Part shown: positions 1 through 6,578 of the stretch, one piece after another
How the letters are laid out: each line of letters begins with the position of its first letter
Position numbering within the stretch: position 1 is the stretch's first letter
From: an uncultured Planctomycetia bacterium
GTDB lineage: Bacteria > Omnitrophota > Gorgyraeia > Duberdicusellales > 4484-171
Direction of reading: 5' to 3'
DNA: 32,000 bases
Assembly (NCBI GenBank): GCA_964536865.1
Contig: CAZHYN010000002.1
Location: 90,001-122,000, forward strand
Position numbers and translations under genes: made by a program
The notes under the pieces: model-generated
What the model was told of the DNA's origin: nothing
Seen by the model: only the letters and a program-made list of their open reading frames with translations
Databases searched by the model: none

Positions 1-167
1 CTCAAAAATCTTCCTCCATCTTCATTTATCCACTTCCTTACATCCCCATCCATTATCCTTCTATAGTTTAATCACTTATAAGTAATCCTTCTCATTACCC
101 TATTCTCTCCTTCTAATCATTAAAACAACACTTTCTAAACTAACTCCTAAGAGAAAAACCTTAAATT

Positions 168-680
168 CTAAAATTCAAGAGACTTTAATCTCTCTACATC
201 TTTAAGTATTCTCCTGTGGGAAGAAAAAGGTATGTAAGGAATTTCTTTCTTTCTAAAAAATCTTGCCTCTTTTAATTCATTATTTACGAAAATCCTATCC
301 TTAGAAACCCTTACCAAATAAGCTATTGCCAGAATAGTCCCGTATTTCTTAGTCTTCTGAATATAAACTCCTATTAGATTAGCAATTTCTCCTTCTATCT
401 TAGTTTCTTCTCTTAACTCCCTTAAACAAGCCTCTCGAGGGTCTTCTTCCCACTCAACAAAACCTCCGGGAAGTGCCCATTTATTCTTTCCAGGCTCCAC
501 ATTCCTCTTAGCTAAAAGAATTTTTCCTTCCTTGTCAATCGCTACACCCACTGCTACCGGTAGAGGATTTTTGTAATGTATCCACCCACACCTAAAGCAA
601 ATTTGCCGAAGACAGCCGTCTATCTTTCGCCATCTTAAAGAGTGACTACAAAAAGGACAAAATTTAAAGTTGGTGTTCAT
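168..680 (-). CDS. NUDIX hydrolase with N-terminal zinc ribbon
   Basis: 170-aa ORF. Nudix box GGFVEWEEDPREACLRELREETKIEG fits GX5EX7REUXEEXGU. N-terminal CPFC...CFRC is a zinc-ribbon pattern. ATGA start/stop overlap with the upstream gene at 677-680. Confidence 0.8.
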   Translation of the reverse strand: MNTNFKFCPFCSHSLRWRKIDGCLRQICFRCGWIHYKNPLPVAVGVAIDKEGKILLAKRNVEPGKNKWALPGGFVEWEEDPREACLRELREETKIEGEIANLIGVYIQKTKKYGTILAIAYLVRVSKDRIFVNNELKEARFFRKKEIPYIPFSSHRRILKDVERLKSLEF

Positions 681-943
681 CTCTTACACACTCCATCATC
701 CGAGCAAGGCGGCCTATCGCAACGCTCACTTCTTCCACAACAGGTTCTTCCAGGAGAATTACTATTTTTATAATCAGTAGCGTAGAAGCCTGAGCCTTTA
801 AAAATGAAACCTGCCCCTCCTTCAATAAGACGCCTAACTTTCTGACCACACCGGGGACAAACTTTTACCGGCTCCTCACTCATACTTTGAAATTTCTCAA
901 ACCTATAACCGCACTCTTCACATAAATACTCATAAGTAGGCAT
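677..943 (-). CDS. FmdB-family (CxxC_CxxC_SSSS) zinc-ribbon protein with Cys-rich tail
   Basis: 88-aa ORF. MPTYEYLCEECGYRFE...CPRCG is the typical FmdB-type N-terminus. GSGFYATDY motif is present. The C-terminal tail TCCGRSERCDRPPCSDDGVC is Cys-rich. Confidence 0.75.
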   Translation of the reverse strand: MPTYEYLCEECGYRFEKFQSMSEEPVKVCPRCGQKVRRLIEGGAGFIFKGSGFYATDYKNSNSPGRTCCGRSERCDRPPCSDDGVCKR

Positions 944-953
944 TCTATCCTCC

Positions 954-1775
954 TTATCTTTCTAAGTATGCTATTATCTTCTCTATTATTTCATCTGTAA
1001 CTTTAGAAGCAGCTAAATCTTTATTAAAATATACAAATGGTTTGCCTGAATCAGAAAGCTTAACAATTTCAGGCTCAACCGGTATTCTCCCTAAGAAAGG
1101 AACATTCAACTTTCTCGCTGAAGCTTCTGCCCCTCCCCTACCAAACAAATCTATCTCTTTTCCACAATAAGGACAAATGAAACCACTCATATTCTCTATT
1201 ATCCCAATTACAGGAACGTTTAACTCTTTAGCAAACAATACGCTCTTGCGGGAATCTAAAGTAGCTACATCCTGAGGAGTAGTAACAACTACTGCTCCAT
1301 TCAGGTTTGGTATAAGCTGACACACGCTTAAAGGTTCGTCTCCCGTACCTGGAGGAGAATCTATTACTAAATAATCAAGTCTTCCCCAATTTACATCAGA
1401 TAAGAATTGCTTAATTACGCCCATCTTAAGAGGGCCCCTCCATATAACAGGCTTCTCCTGGTCTTTGCCGACAAAAGCAAGGCTAATTGCCTTAAGATTA
1501 GGAAGCACTTTTATAGGCTCAATACCCTTATCTGAACCTGTAACCCTTGCTCCCTCTACTCCCAGCATTTTAGCAATATTAGGGCCATGAATATCCACAT
1601 CTAATATACCAATTTGCTTACCCCTAAGAGCTAAACTGTAGGCTAAATTTACAGCTATGGTAGTCTTTCCTACTCCACCTTTCCCACTTATAACAATAAT
1701 CTTATAGTTTATGCCGCACATTTTCTCCTTAAGACGTTCGTCTTGGGCTATCTTCTCTTCATTTATATTCTGCAT
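954..1775 (-). CDS. mrp: Mrp/NBP35/ApbC-family Fe-S cluster carrier ATPase
   Basis: 273 aa. Deviant Walker A SGKGGVGKTT. ENMSGFICPYCG carries the CxxC cluster-bridging motif typical of Mrp/NBP35. Confidence 0.85.
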   Translation of the reverse strand: MQNINEEKIAQDERLKEKMCGINYKIIVISGKGGVGKTTIAVNLAYSLALRGKQIGILDVDIHGPNIAKMLGVEGARVTGSDKGIEPIKVLPNLKAISLAFVGKDQEKPVIWRGPLKMGVIKQFLSDVNWGRLDYLVIDSPPGTGDEPLSVCQLIPNLNGAVVVTTPQDVATLDSRKSVLFAKELNVPVIGIIENMSGFICPYCGKEIDLFGRGGAEASARKLNVPFLGRIPVEPEIVKLSDSGKPFVYFNKDLAASKVTDEIIEKIIAYLER

Positions 1776-1799
1776 TACTTCCCTCCTGAAAACAGAAAG

Positions 1800-2660
1800 T
1801 TATGTAATCTCTTCCTCTAATCTATACCAGATTTTAGTAACCTCTCTCTTAGCTTCTGTATCCTGGTATTCTATAATTGTTTTTCCTTCTACCATAGCCT
1901 TTACTACAGACTCGTCAAATTTTATTTTGCCAATTATTGGAATATTATTAATCTGGCAGTAATTTTCTATTCTTTCAGTAACTTCAGTATTTAAATTAAA
2001 TTTATTTATTATCAGTTTAACAGAAACTCCAAAATGCTTAGCTACCTTAATAACTCTATCTGCATCATGCAAGCCTGATAAAGTAGGCTCAACCACCACT
2101 ATTGCATAATCTAAGCCTGATAAAGAAGCAATTACCGGACATCCTATCCCTGGTGAACCATCTATAATTATCAAACTACAATTTTCTTTCTCGGCTATTT
2201 GCTTTGCCTTTTCCCTGACCAAGCTAACGAGTTTGCCTGAGTTTTCTTCAGCTACTCCCAATCTGGCATGGATTAATTTACCAAATCTTGTATTAGATAT
2301 AAACCACTCTCCACAAATCTTTTCCTCCATTCTAATAGCCCCAGCAGGACAAACGTAGCTACAAAAACAGCAACCTTCACAGGAAATAGGGTCAACCACA
2401 AAATCCTCAGTTATAGCAGAAAAACGGCATACAGAGAGGCATTTTCCACAGCGTTGGCAAAACTTCTTATCAATCTCTGCGACTTTACCACTTTTAAACT
2501 TATGTCTTTCTATAATTTCAGGTTTAAGCAAAAGATGTAAATCTGCTGCGTCTACATCACAATCAGCAAAAACAGCATCCTTAGCCAAAGAAGCAAAACC
2601 AGCAGTAATCACAGTCTTACCTGTCCCGCCTTTTCCACTAATAATTCCAATCTGCTTCAT
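1800..2660 (-). CDS. MinD-superfamily P-loop ATPase with inserted 2x[4Fe-4S] ferredoxin domain
   Basis: 286 aa. Walker A SGKGGTGKTV. Two cluster motifs, CQRCGKCLSVC and CEGCCFCSYVCP, sit between the Walker A and the rest of the ATPase fold. 4-nt overlap with the upstream paralog. Confidence 0.85.
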   Translation of the reverse strand: MKQIGIISGKGGTGKTVITAGFASLAKDAVFADCDVDAADLHLLLKPEIIERHKFKSGKVAEIDKKFCQRCGKCLSVCRFSAITEDFVVDPISCEGCCFCSYVCPAGAIRMEEKICGEWFISNTRFGKLIHARLGVAEENSGKLVSLVREKAKQIAEKENCSLIIIDGSPGIGCPVIASLSGLDYAIVVVEPTLSGLHDADRVIKVAKHFGVSVKLIINKFNLNTEVTERIENYCQINNIPIIGKIKFDESVVKAMVEGKTIIEYQDTEAKREVTKIWYRLEEEIT

Positions 2661-3493
2661 TTTACCAATTCTTTAATCTTATAATAGAGAATTTTAAACT
2701 TTTCTCTATATTCAGGAAATCCTTCTATAAGAGGGATGCCTTTTGAATAAGCAACTGCTATTTCTTTTTTAAAAGGAATCTGCATAAGAATAGGGAGCTT
2801 CTTTTGTCTACAAAACTCATCTACTTTGTTATCACCCAATTCAGACCGATTAATAATTACACCAAAAGGAATCTTAAGTTTTCTCAACATCTCCACCGCT
2901 AAAGCCAAATCATTAAGGCCAAAAGGGGTAGGCTCAGTAACTAAGATACAAAAATCACTCCCCTTTACTGCTTCAATAACAGGGCAGGAAGTACCGGGAG
3001 GAACATCAATAATAACATTTTTACCAGAATTTATATGGGCTTTGACCTGGCTAATAAGGGGAGGAGAAATCGCTTCACCAATATTAAGCCTTCCTCCCAC
3101 AAATTCTAAATCGTTTTTTCTACCTATTTCAATAACACCTATTTCCCTCTCAACCTCTTTAATAGCTCCTTGAGGACAAAAGAAGCTGCAAGCTCCACAA
3201 CTATGGCAAAGTTCTTTAAAGACTAAAACATCCTTATTCTTTATTACCGCAATAGCTTTATAAGCACAGACTTCTGCACACTTTCCGCAGAAATTGCACT
3301 TCTCCTTATCTATCTGAGGAACCAGGACAAAAGCTTTTACTTTCTCTGTTATCTGAGGCTTTATAAATATATGAGAGTTAGGCTCCTCTACATCACAATC
3401 TAAAAGCTGGGCAGAAGGTAGAGAAAGAGCTAAATTTACAGCAATAGTAGTCTTTCCTGTTCCACCTTTACCTGAAGCAACTGAAATAACCAT
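2657..3493 (-). CDS. MinD-superfamily P-loop ATPase with inserted 2x[4Fe-4S] ferredoxin domain (paralog)
   Basis: 278 aa. Walker A SGKGGTGKTT. Cluster motifs CNFCGKCAEVC and CHSCGACSFFCP. No obvious Shine-Dalgarno sequence upstream of the ATG at 3493. Confidence 0.85.
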   Translation of the reverse strand: MVISVASGKGGTGKTTIAVNLALSLPSAQLLDCDVEEPNSHIFIKPQITEKVKAFVLVPQIDKEKCNFCGKCAEVCAYKAIAVIKNKDVLVFKELCHSCGACSFFCPQGAIKEVEREIGVIEIGRKNDLEFVGGRLNIGEAISPPLISQVKAHINSGKNVIIDVPPGTSCPVIEAVKGSDFCILVTEPTPFGLNDLALAVEMLRKLKIPFGVIINRSELGDNKVDEFCRQKKLPILMQIPFKKEIAVAYSKGIPLIEGFPEYREKFKILYYKIKELVK

Positions 3494-3592
3494 AGTTTAT
3501 ATAATTTGATGATAAGCCATCATTATCTGCTAAAACTTATAAGATATCCCCAAAGAGGTGGGTCTTCTGGAGGATAAAACCTCTTCTATCTA

Positions 3593-3805
3593 TTACCCAC
3601 GAACCATCCTGGTTCCACACTTAGGACAATTCAAGCTATAACAAGGAACACCTACCTGATGAGGCACTCTCATCCCACAACTAGGACAAACACAATTTCC
3701 TCCTGGACCTGCACCGGGACGATTTCCACCCATTCTACCTCTACCTCTACCACCACCGCTGCCTCTACCTCCTCCAATTGGGCCTCTTCCATCTCCAAAA
3801 GGCAT
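3593..3805 (-). CDS. Small Gly/Arg-rich protein with C-terminal Cys-rich zinc-ribbon
   Basis: 70 aa. N-terminus MPFGDGRGPIGGGRGSGGGRGRGRMGG resembles a DUF5320-type head. C-terminus CVCPSCG...CPKCG. RBS AAAGGAGGTAAAAG lies upstream of the ATG. Confidence 0.6.
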   Translation of the reverse strand: MPFGDGRGPIGGGRGSGGGRGRGRMGGNRPGAGPGGNCVCPSCGMRVPHQVGVPCYSLNCPKCGTRMVRG

Positions 3806-3819
3806 CTTTTACCTCCTTT

Positions 3820-4137
3820 TTAGGCTCTACGAGAATCATTGGAAAGTTTATCTATTCGAGCTAAAACAGAAAAAAGGGTTTCTCTTAACTTCCCAAGTTC
3901 ATCTTTAATTTCTTTTACTTCTCTATCTTTATTTGCTTTTTCAGAAGAAACCATCCTTATTGCCTGAAATGGACAAAATCTTGTGCATACTCCGCAACCT
4001 ACACATTTATCCTCATCAATCCAGGGCCTCCCTCTCACCACTCTTATAGCACCTTGGGGACAACTCGAAATACACTGAAGACAACCCCTGCATATACTTA
4101 AATTAACTACAGCTTTTTTAGATTCTCTAATGCTCAC
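3820..4137 (-). CDS. 2x[4Fe-4S] ferredoxin with C-terminal amphipathic helix
   Basis: 105 aa. Motifs CRGCLQCISSCP and CVGCGVCTRFCP. C-terminal heptad-like segment EVKEIKDELGKLRETLFSVLARIDKL. 11-nt overlap with the upstream gene. Confidence 0.8.
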   Translation of the reverse strand: MSIRESKKAVVNLSICRGCLQCISSCPQGAIRVVRGRPWIDEDKCVGCGVCTRFCPFQAIRMVSSEKANKDREVKEIKDELGKLRETLFSVLARIDKLSNDSRRA

Positions 4138-4453
4138 ACTTATCTGCGCTTTCTTTAAGAACCCCTTTTATAAAATCGTCTATTACCTTATTGATTTCTC
4201 CCTCAGCAAAAATAACCTGGATATTTTTTTCTCTGAATAACTCCTGAGCTCTTGGACCCATACCTCCGCAGATTATCACATTTACCTCCATCTTTGAAAG
4301 ATATTCAGGCAAAAAACCTGGAGTATGACCAGGATTAGAAATAGTCTTTCTTTGCTTTACGCTTTGGCCCTCAGCATCAACAATCTCATACTCAAGACAT
4401 CTTCCAAAATGAGAACTTACTAAATCTCCCTCTTTAGCTATGGCTATCCTCAT
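4127..4453 (-). CDS. NifX/NifB-C-terminal-like (dinitrogenase FeMo-cofactor-binding fold) protein
   Basis: 108 aa. MRIAIAKEGDLVSSHFGRC...VIICGGMGPRAQELF matches the usual pattern of this small-domain family. 4-nt overlap with the upstream gene. Confidence 0.8.
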   Translation of the reverse strand: MRIAIAKEGDLVSSHFGRCLEYEIVDAEGQSVKQRKTISNPGHTPGFLPEYLSKMEVNVIICGGMGPRAQELFREKNIQVIFAEGEINKVIDDFIKGVLKESADKCEH

Positions 4454-5079
4454 TCTTCTGCTCCTTTCTCTAATTCCTGAATTCTTTTGTTTATTAGGCT
4501 CATCTGTTGTTTTAAAAAATCTAACTGCTGTTTTAAAAATTGAAGCTCCTGCTCTTTAGAAACTTGAGGTTGATTAACCTGAGGATAAAATCCTGGTTGA
4601 AAAAACCTTCCTCTTCCCATACCCATACCTCTTCCCATCCCAAAGCCAGGCATAAACCCTGGAGTTGAATAAGGTATATTTTGTTGAGGATTATTAGCTA
4701 ATGCAGAAGGTCCCATCATTCCAAAGTGGCCGAGAACATTAGGGTTAGGAGTGGGGTTGAGCTGGTTTTTTTTAAATTTATCTATGGCCTCTCTTACAGT
4801 TAAACCAGCTAAACCGGTAATAACCTGTATACCTGAAGCCTGAAATACTCCAAAAGAATTAGGTCCCACATTACCAGTCAATACTGCATTTACCCCTTTA
4901 TTGGCTATAAACTGGGCACTGGATATTCCTGCTCCTGAAGGAGAACTAATATTAGGATTAGAGAGACTTTCAAAACTATCCTTTTCTGTATCATAAATTA
5001 TAAAATAAGCACATCTTCCAAAACGAGGATCAACCAGAGAATCTAAATTTCCCCCCTGAGAAGTCACACATATCTTCAT
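4450..5079 (-). CDS. NifX-like domain fused to a low-complexity linker and DUF5320-like coiled-coil tail
   Basis: 209 aa. The N-terminal ~110 aa (MKICVTSQGG...DPRFGRC...GAGISSAQFIANKGVNAVLTGNVGPNSF) are NifX-like. Then comes GFMPGFGMGRGMGMGRGRFFQPGFYP, followed by KEQELQFLKQQLDFLKQQMSLINKRIQELEKG. Confidence 0.75.
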   Translation of the reverse strand: MKICVTSQGGNLDSLVDPRFGRCAYFIIYDTEKDSFESLSNPNISSPSGAGISSAQFIANKGVNAVLTGNVGPNSFGVFQASGIQVITGLAGLTVREAIDKFKKNQLNPTPNPNVLGHFGMMGPSALANNPQQNIPYSTPGFMPGFGMGRGMGMGRGRFFQPGFYPQVNQPQVSKEQELQFLKQQLDFLKQQMSLINKRIQELEKGAEE

Positions 5080-5145
5080 AAAACACCCCTCCTTCTAAAA
5101 ATTGGAAATCCTAAATTCCAATAATTTGGAACAAAGTTATTAAAA

Positions 5146-5466
5146 TTAAGATTCTAACTCCTGGACTCTTTTCTCAATCTGCTCAAGTTGGGCCTTCAAC
5201 GCCTCTGCTTGCTGTTTTAATAGCTGTAACTCCTGTTCTTTAGTAAGTTGAGATACTCCGTAAGGGTCAAAAGGCAAAAATTGGCCTCTTTGAGCCTGGG
5301 GCATATTCTGCCAAGCCCAATTCGCCTGCCAGGTAGGCCAACTCCCGGTCATTAGATACTGAGCCCCTGGAGGCAAAGTCCCCCAACCCGGAGAAAAACC
5401 AAACCTCATCCAGCCAGGTAAACCGGTAAGATAATACATATACCTGTTGCCTCTTCCTCCAACCAT
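5146..5466 (-). CDS. DUF5320-like small protein (W/G/P-rich head plus coiled-coil tail)
   Basis: 106 aa. The head is rich in W, G, P and Q. The tail TKEQELQLLKQQAEALKAQLEQIEKRVQELES is paralogous to the tails at 4450-5079 and 5527-5754. RBS GGGAGGTG lies upstream. Confidence 0.65.
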   Translation of the reverse strand: MVGGRGNRYMYYLTGLPGWMRFGFSPGWGTLPPGAQYLMTGSWPTWQANWAWQNMPQAQRGQFLPFDPYGVSQLTKEQELQLLKQQAEALKAQLEQIEKRVQELES

Positions 5467-5526
5467 ACTAACACCTCCCTCTCTTAGTTTGCAGCTCAGA
5501 ATCAGTAGCCTTGATTTATAAATTAA

Positions 5527-5754
5527 TTATTGGCCTCTCTCTAATTCCTGAATTCGGGCATCTATATCCTTAAGTTGAGCTTCTAAGTTTTGTCTTAATT
5601 GCCTCAAATAACTTAATTCATCCTGCCCAAAAAAGAAAGGAGAAACCCCCCCGAGATAAGGTAATCCATATCCGTAAGAAGCAGGCCAATAAGGATAAAA
5701 ATAAGGCATCATAAACCAACCTGCTGGACCCATCCCAAAAGGCATAACCATCAC
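5527..5754 (-). CDS. DUF5320-like small protein (Met/aromatic/Pro-rich head plus coiled-coil tail)
   Basis: The maximal ORF is 75 aa from a GTG at 5754. The G-rich SD (GGGGGGTG) is best spaced for the ATG at 5745, which gives MPFGMGPAGWFMMPYFYPYW... (72 aa). The tail is ELSYLRQLRQNLEAQLKDIDARIQELERGQ. Confidence 0.65.
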   Translation of the reverse strand: MMVMPFGMGPAGWFMMPYFYPYWPASYGYGLPYLGGVSPFFFGQDELSYLRQLRQNLEAQLKDIDARIQELERGQ

Positions 5755-5783
5755 CCCCCTTTTAAAAATTAAAAGCTGAAAAA

Positions 5784-6017
5784 TTACCTCGTCTGCCCCA
5801 AAGATTGATTACTTCCGTAACCAAAAGGTGTATAACTAAAAGGATTTATTGGCCCATATATACCTGTCCACCACCATCTGGGAAGCCAGGGAAACCACCT
5901 GCAGAAAGGATAAGGATTGCCTCTTCCCCAGCCAAAGTAAGGAAAGTAAGGATAGCCGTAGCCAAAATAACCCCACTTCCAAAAACCAGGACCCCAAAAA
6001 TTTCTTCCTCTAGGCAT
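5784..6017 (-). CDS. Small extremely aromatic/Gly/Pro-rich basic protein (no coiled-coil tail)
   Basis: 77 aa with 9 W, 9 F, 9 Y, 14 G and 11 P, and no Asp or Glu. N-terminus is MPRGRNFWGPGFW. A strong RBS (AGAGGAGGTGA) lies ~8 nt upstream of the ATG. A Fur-type operator lies 35 nt upstream. Confidence 0.55.
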   Translation of the reverse strand: MPRGRNFWGPGFWKWGYFGYGYPYFPYFGWGRGNPYPFCRWFPWLPRWWWTGIYGPINPFSYTPFGYGSNQSLGQTR

Positions 6018-6051
6018 TTTTAATCACCTCCTCTTTTAAATATCATTACCA

Positions 6052-6068
6052 TTGAAAATCATTTTCAA
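6052..6068. promoter_or_regulatory. Fur-family operator (8-1-8 palindrome TTGAAAATcATTTTCAA)
   Basis: Perfect inverted repeat between the fur stop codon (6087) and the start of the 77-aa gene (6017). The inner 7-1-7 TGAAAATnATTTTCA differs by one base per half-site from the Bacillus-type Fur box TGATAATnATTATCA. It may overlap a -35 TTGAAA. Confidence 0.6.
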
Positions 6069-6086
6069 CAATATATTAAAAAAAAA

Positions 6087-6536
6087 TTAGCTACAATTTG
6101 AACATAAACCGTAAAAATGAATTTGATGAGTCTCTATTTTAAAATTATGTTTTTTAGATAATCTTTCTTCTAAACCCTTTATTAATTTTTGTTCATCCTC
6201 TACAAAATCTTTATAATCAATTATCTTCCCACACTTTCTGCAAATTAAATGGTGATGATGTTCTATACCTGGTCCCTGGCTTAATTCAAATCTGGCCCTT
6301 CCGTCTCCAAACTCATATTTCCTTACCAGGCCCATATTAAAAAGAAGTTCTAAAGTTCTGTAAACTGTAGTAAGCCCTATCCCCGGATACCGCTTATGAA
6401 CTTTCAGGAAAATATCCTCAGCACTAAGGTGCTTTTTTTCTTTAGTCAAAACATCCAAGATAACCTGCCTGGGAAAAGTCCACCTAAAACCACAACCTCT
6501 AAATCTTGCTTCTAACCATCTCGGGCCAAAAGGCAT
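6087..6536 (-). CDS. fur: Fur-family metalloregulator (Fur/PerR/Zur subtype not resolved)
   Basis: 149 aa. Winged-helix N-domain (TFPRQVILDVL...HLSAEDI...TVYRTLELL). His cluster HHHHLICRKCGK. Two CxxC pairs (CRKC, CSNC) form a structural Zn site. RBS AAGGAAGGAG lies upstream. Confidence 0.9.
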   Translation of the reverse strand: MPFGPRWLEARFRGCGFRWTFPRQVILDVLTKEKKHLSAEDIFLKVHKRYPGIGLTTVYRTLELLFNMGLVRKYEFGDGRARFELSQGPGIEHHHHLICRKCGKIIDYKDFVEDEQKLIKGLEERLSKKHNFKIETHQIHFYGLCSNCS

Positions 6537-6551
6537 AAAACTCCTTCCTTA

Positions 6552-6568
6552 TTGAAAATGATTTTCAA
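6552..6568. promoter_or_regulatory. Fur-family operator (second copy, TTGAAAATgATTTTCAA)
   Basis: Same 8-1-8 palindrome as 6052-6068, read from the opposite strand. It lies between the predicted -10 and the RBS of fur, a position that suggests autoregulation. An extra half-site-like ATTGAAA sits immediately upstream on the coding strand. Confidence 0.6.
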
Positions 6569-6578
6569 TTTCAATAAA

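Noticed and set aside
1-53. Possible 5' end of a further minus-strand CDS (ATG at 53-51, MDGDVRKWINEDGGRFL..., preceded by AGAAGGATA)
   Set aside because: Only 17 codons fall inside the window, which is too little to evaluate coding potential or identity.
4127-5079. NifX/NifB-like domains as evidence for a nitrogen-fixation cluster
   Set aside because: The window contains no nifH, nifD, nifK, nifE, nifN or radical-SAM nifB. This small domain is widespread in non-diazotrophic anaerobes. The context here (Fur, Mrp, MinD-ferredoxin) argues for a different role.
3593-6017. The aromatic/Gly-rich small proteins as biomineralisation (magnetosome-like) or secreted-peptide/bacteriocin precursors
   Set aside because: The cluster has no signal peptides, leader-cleavage motifs, transporters, modifying enzymes or magnetosome marker genes. 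The link to cytoplasmic Fe-S-type proteins fits an intracellular role better. The idea stays untested; it has not been disproved.
6060-6560. The exact 500-bp centre-to-centre spacing of the two operators as a sign of an engineered or duplicated segment
   Set aside because: The sequence between the operators is a normal fur coding region with no internal repeat, and the flanks of the two sites are unrelated. The round number is most simply coincidence. The spacing is roughly 47-48 helical turns at about 10.5 bp per turn, so it does not rule out DNA looping between the two sites.
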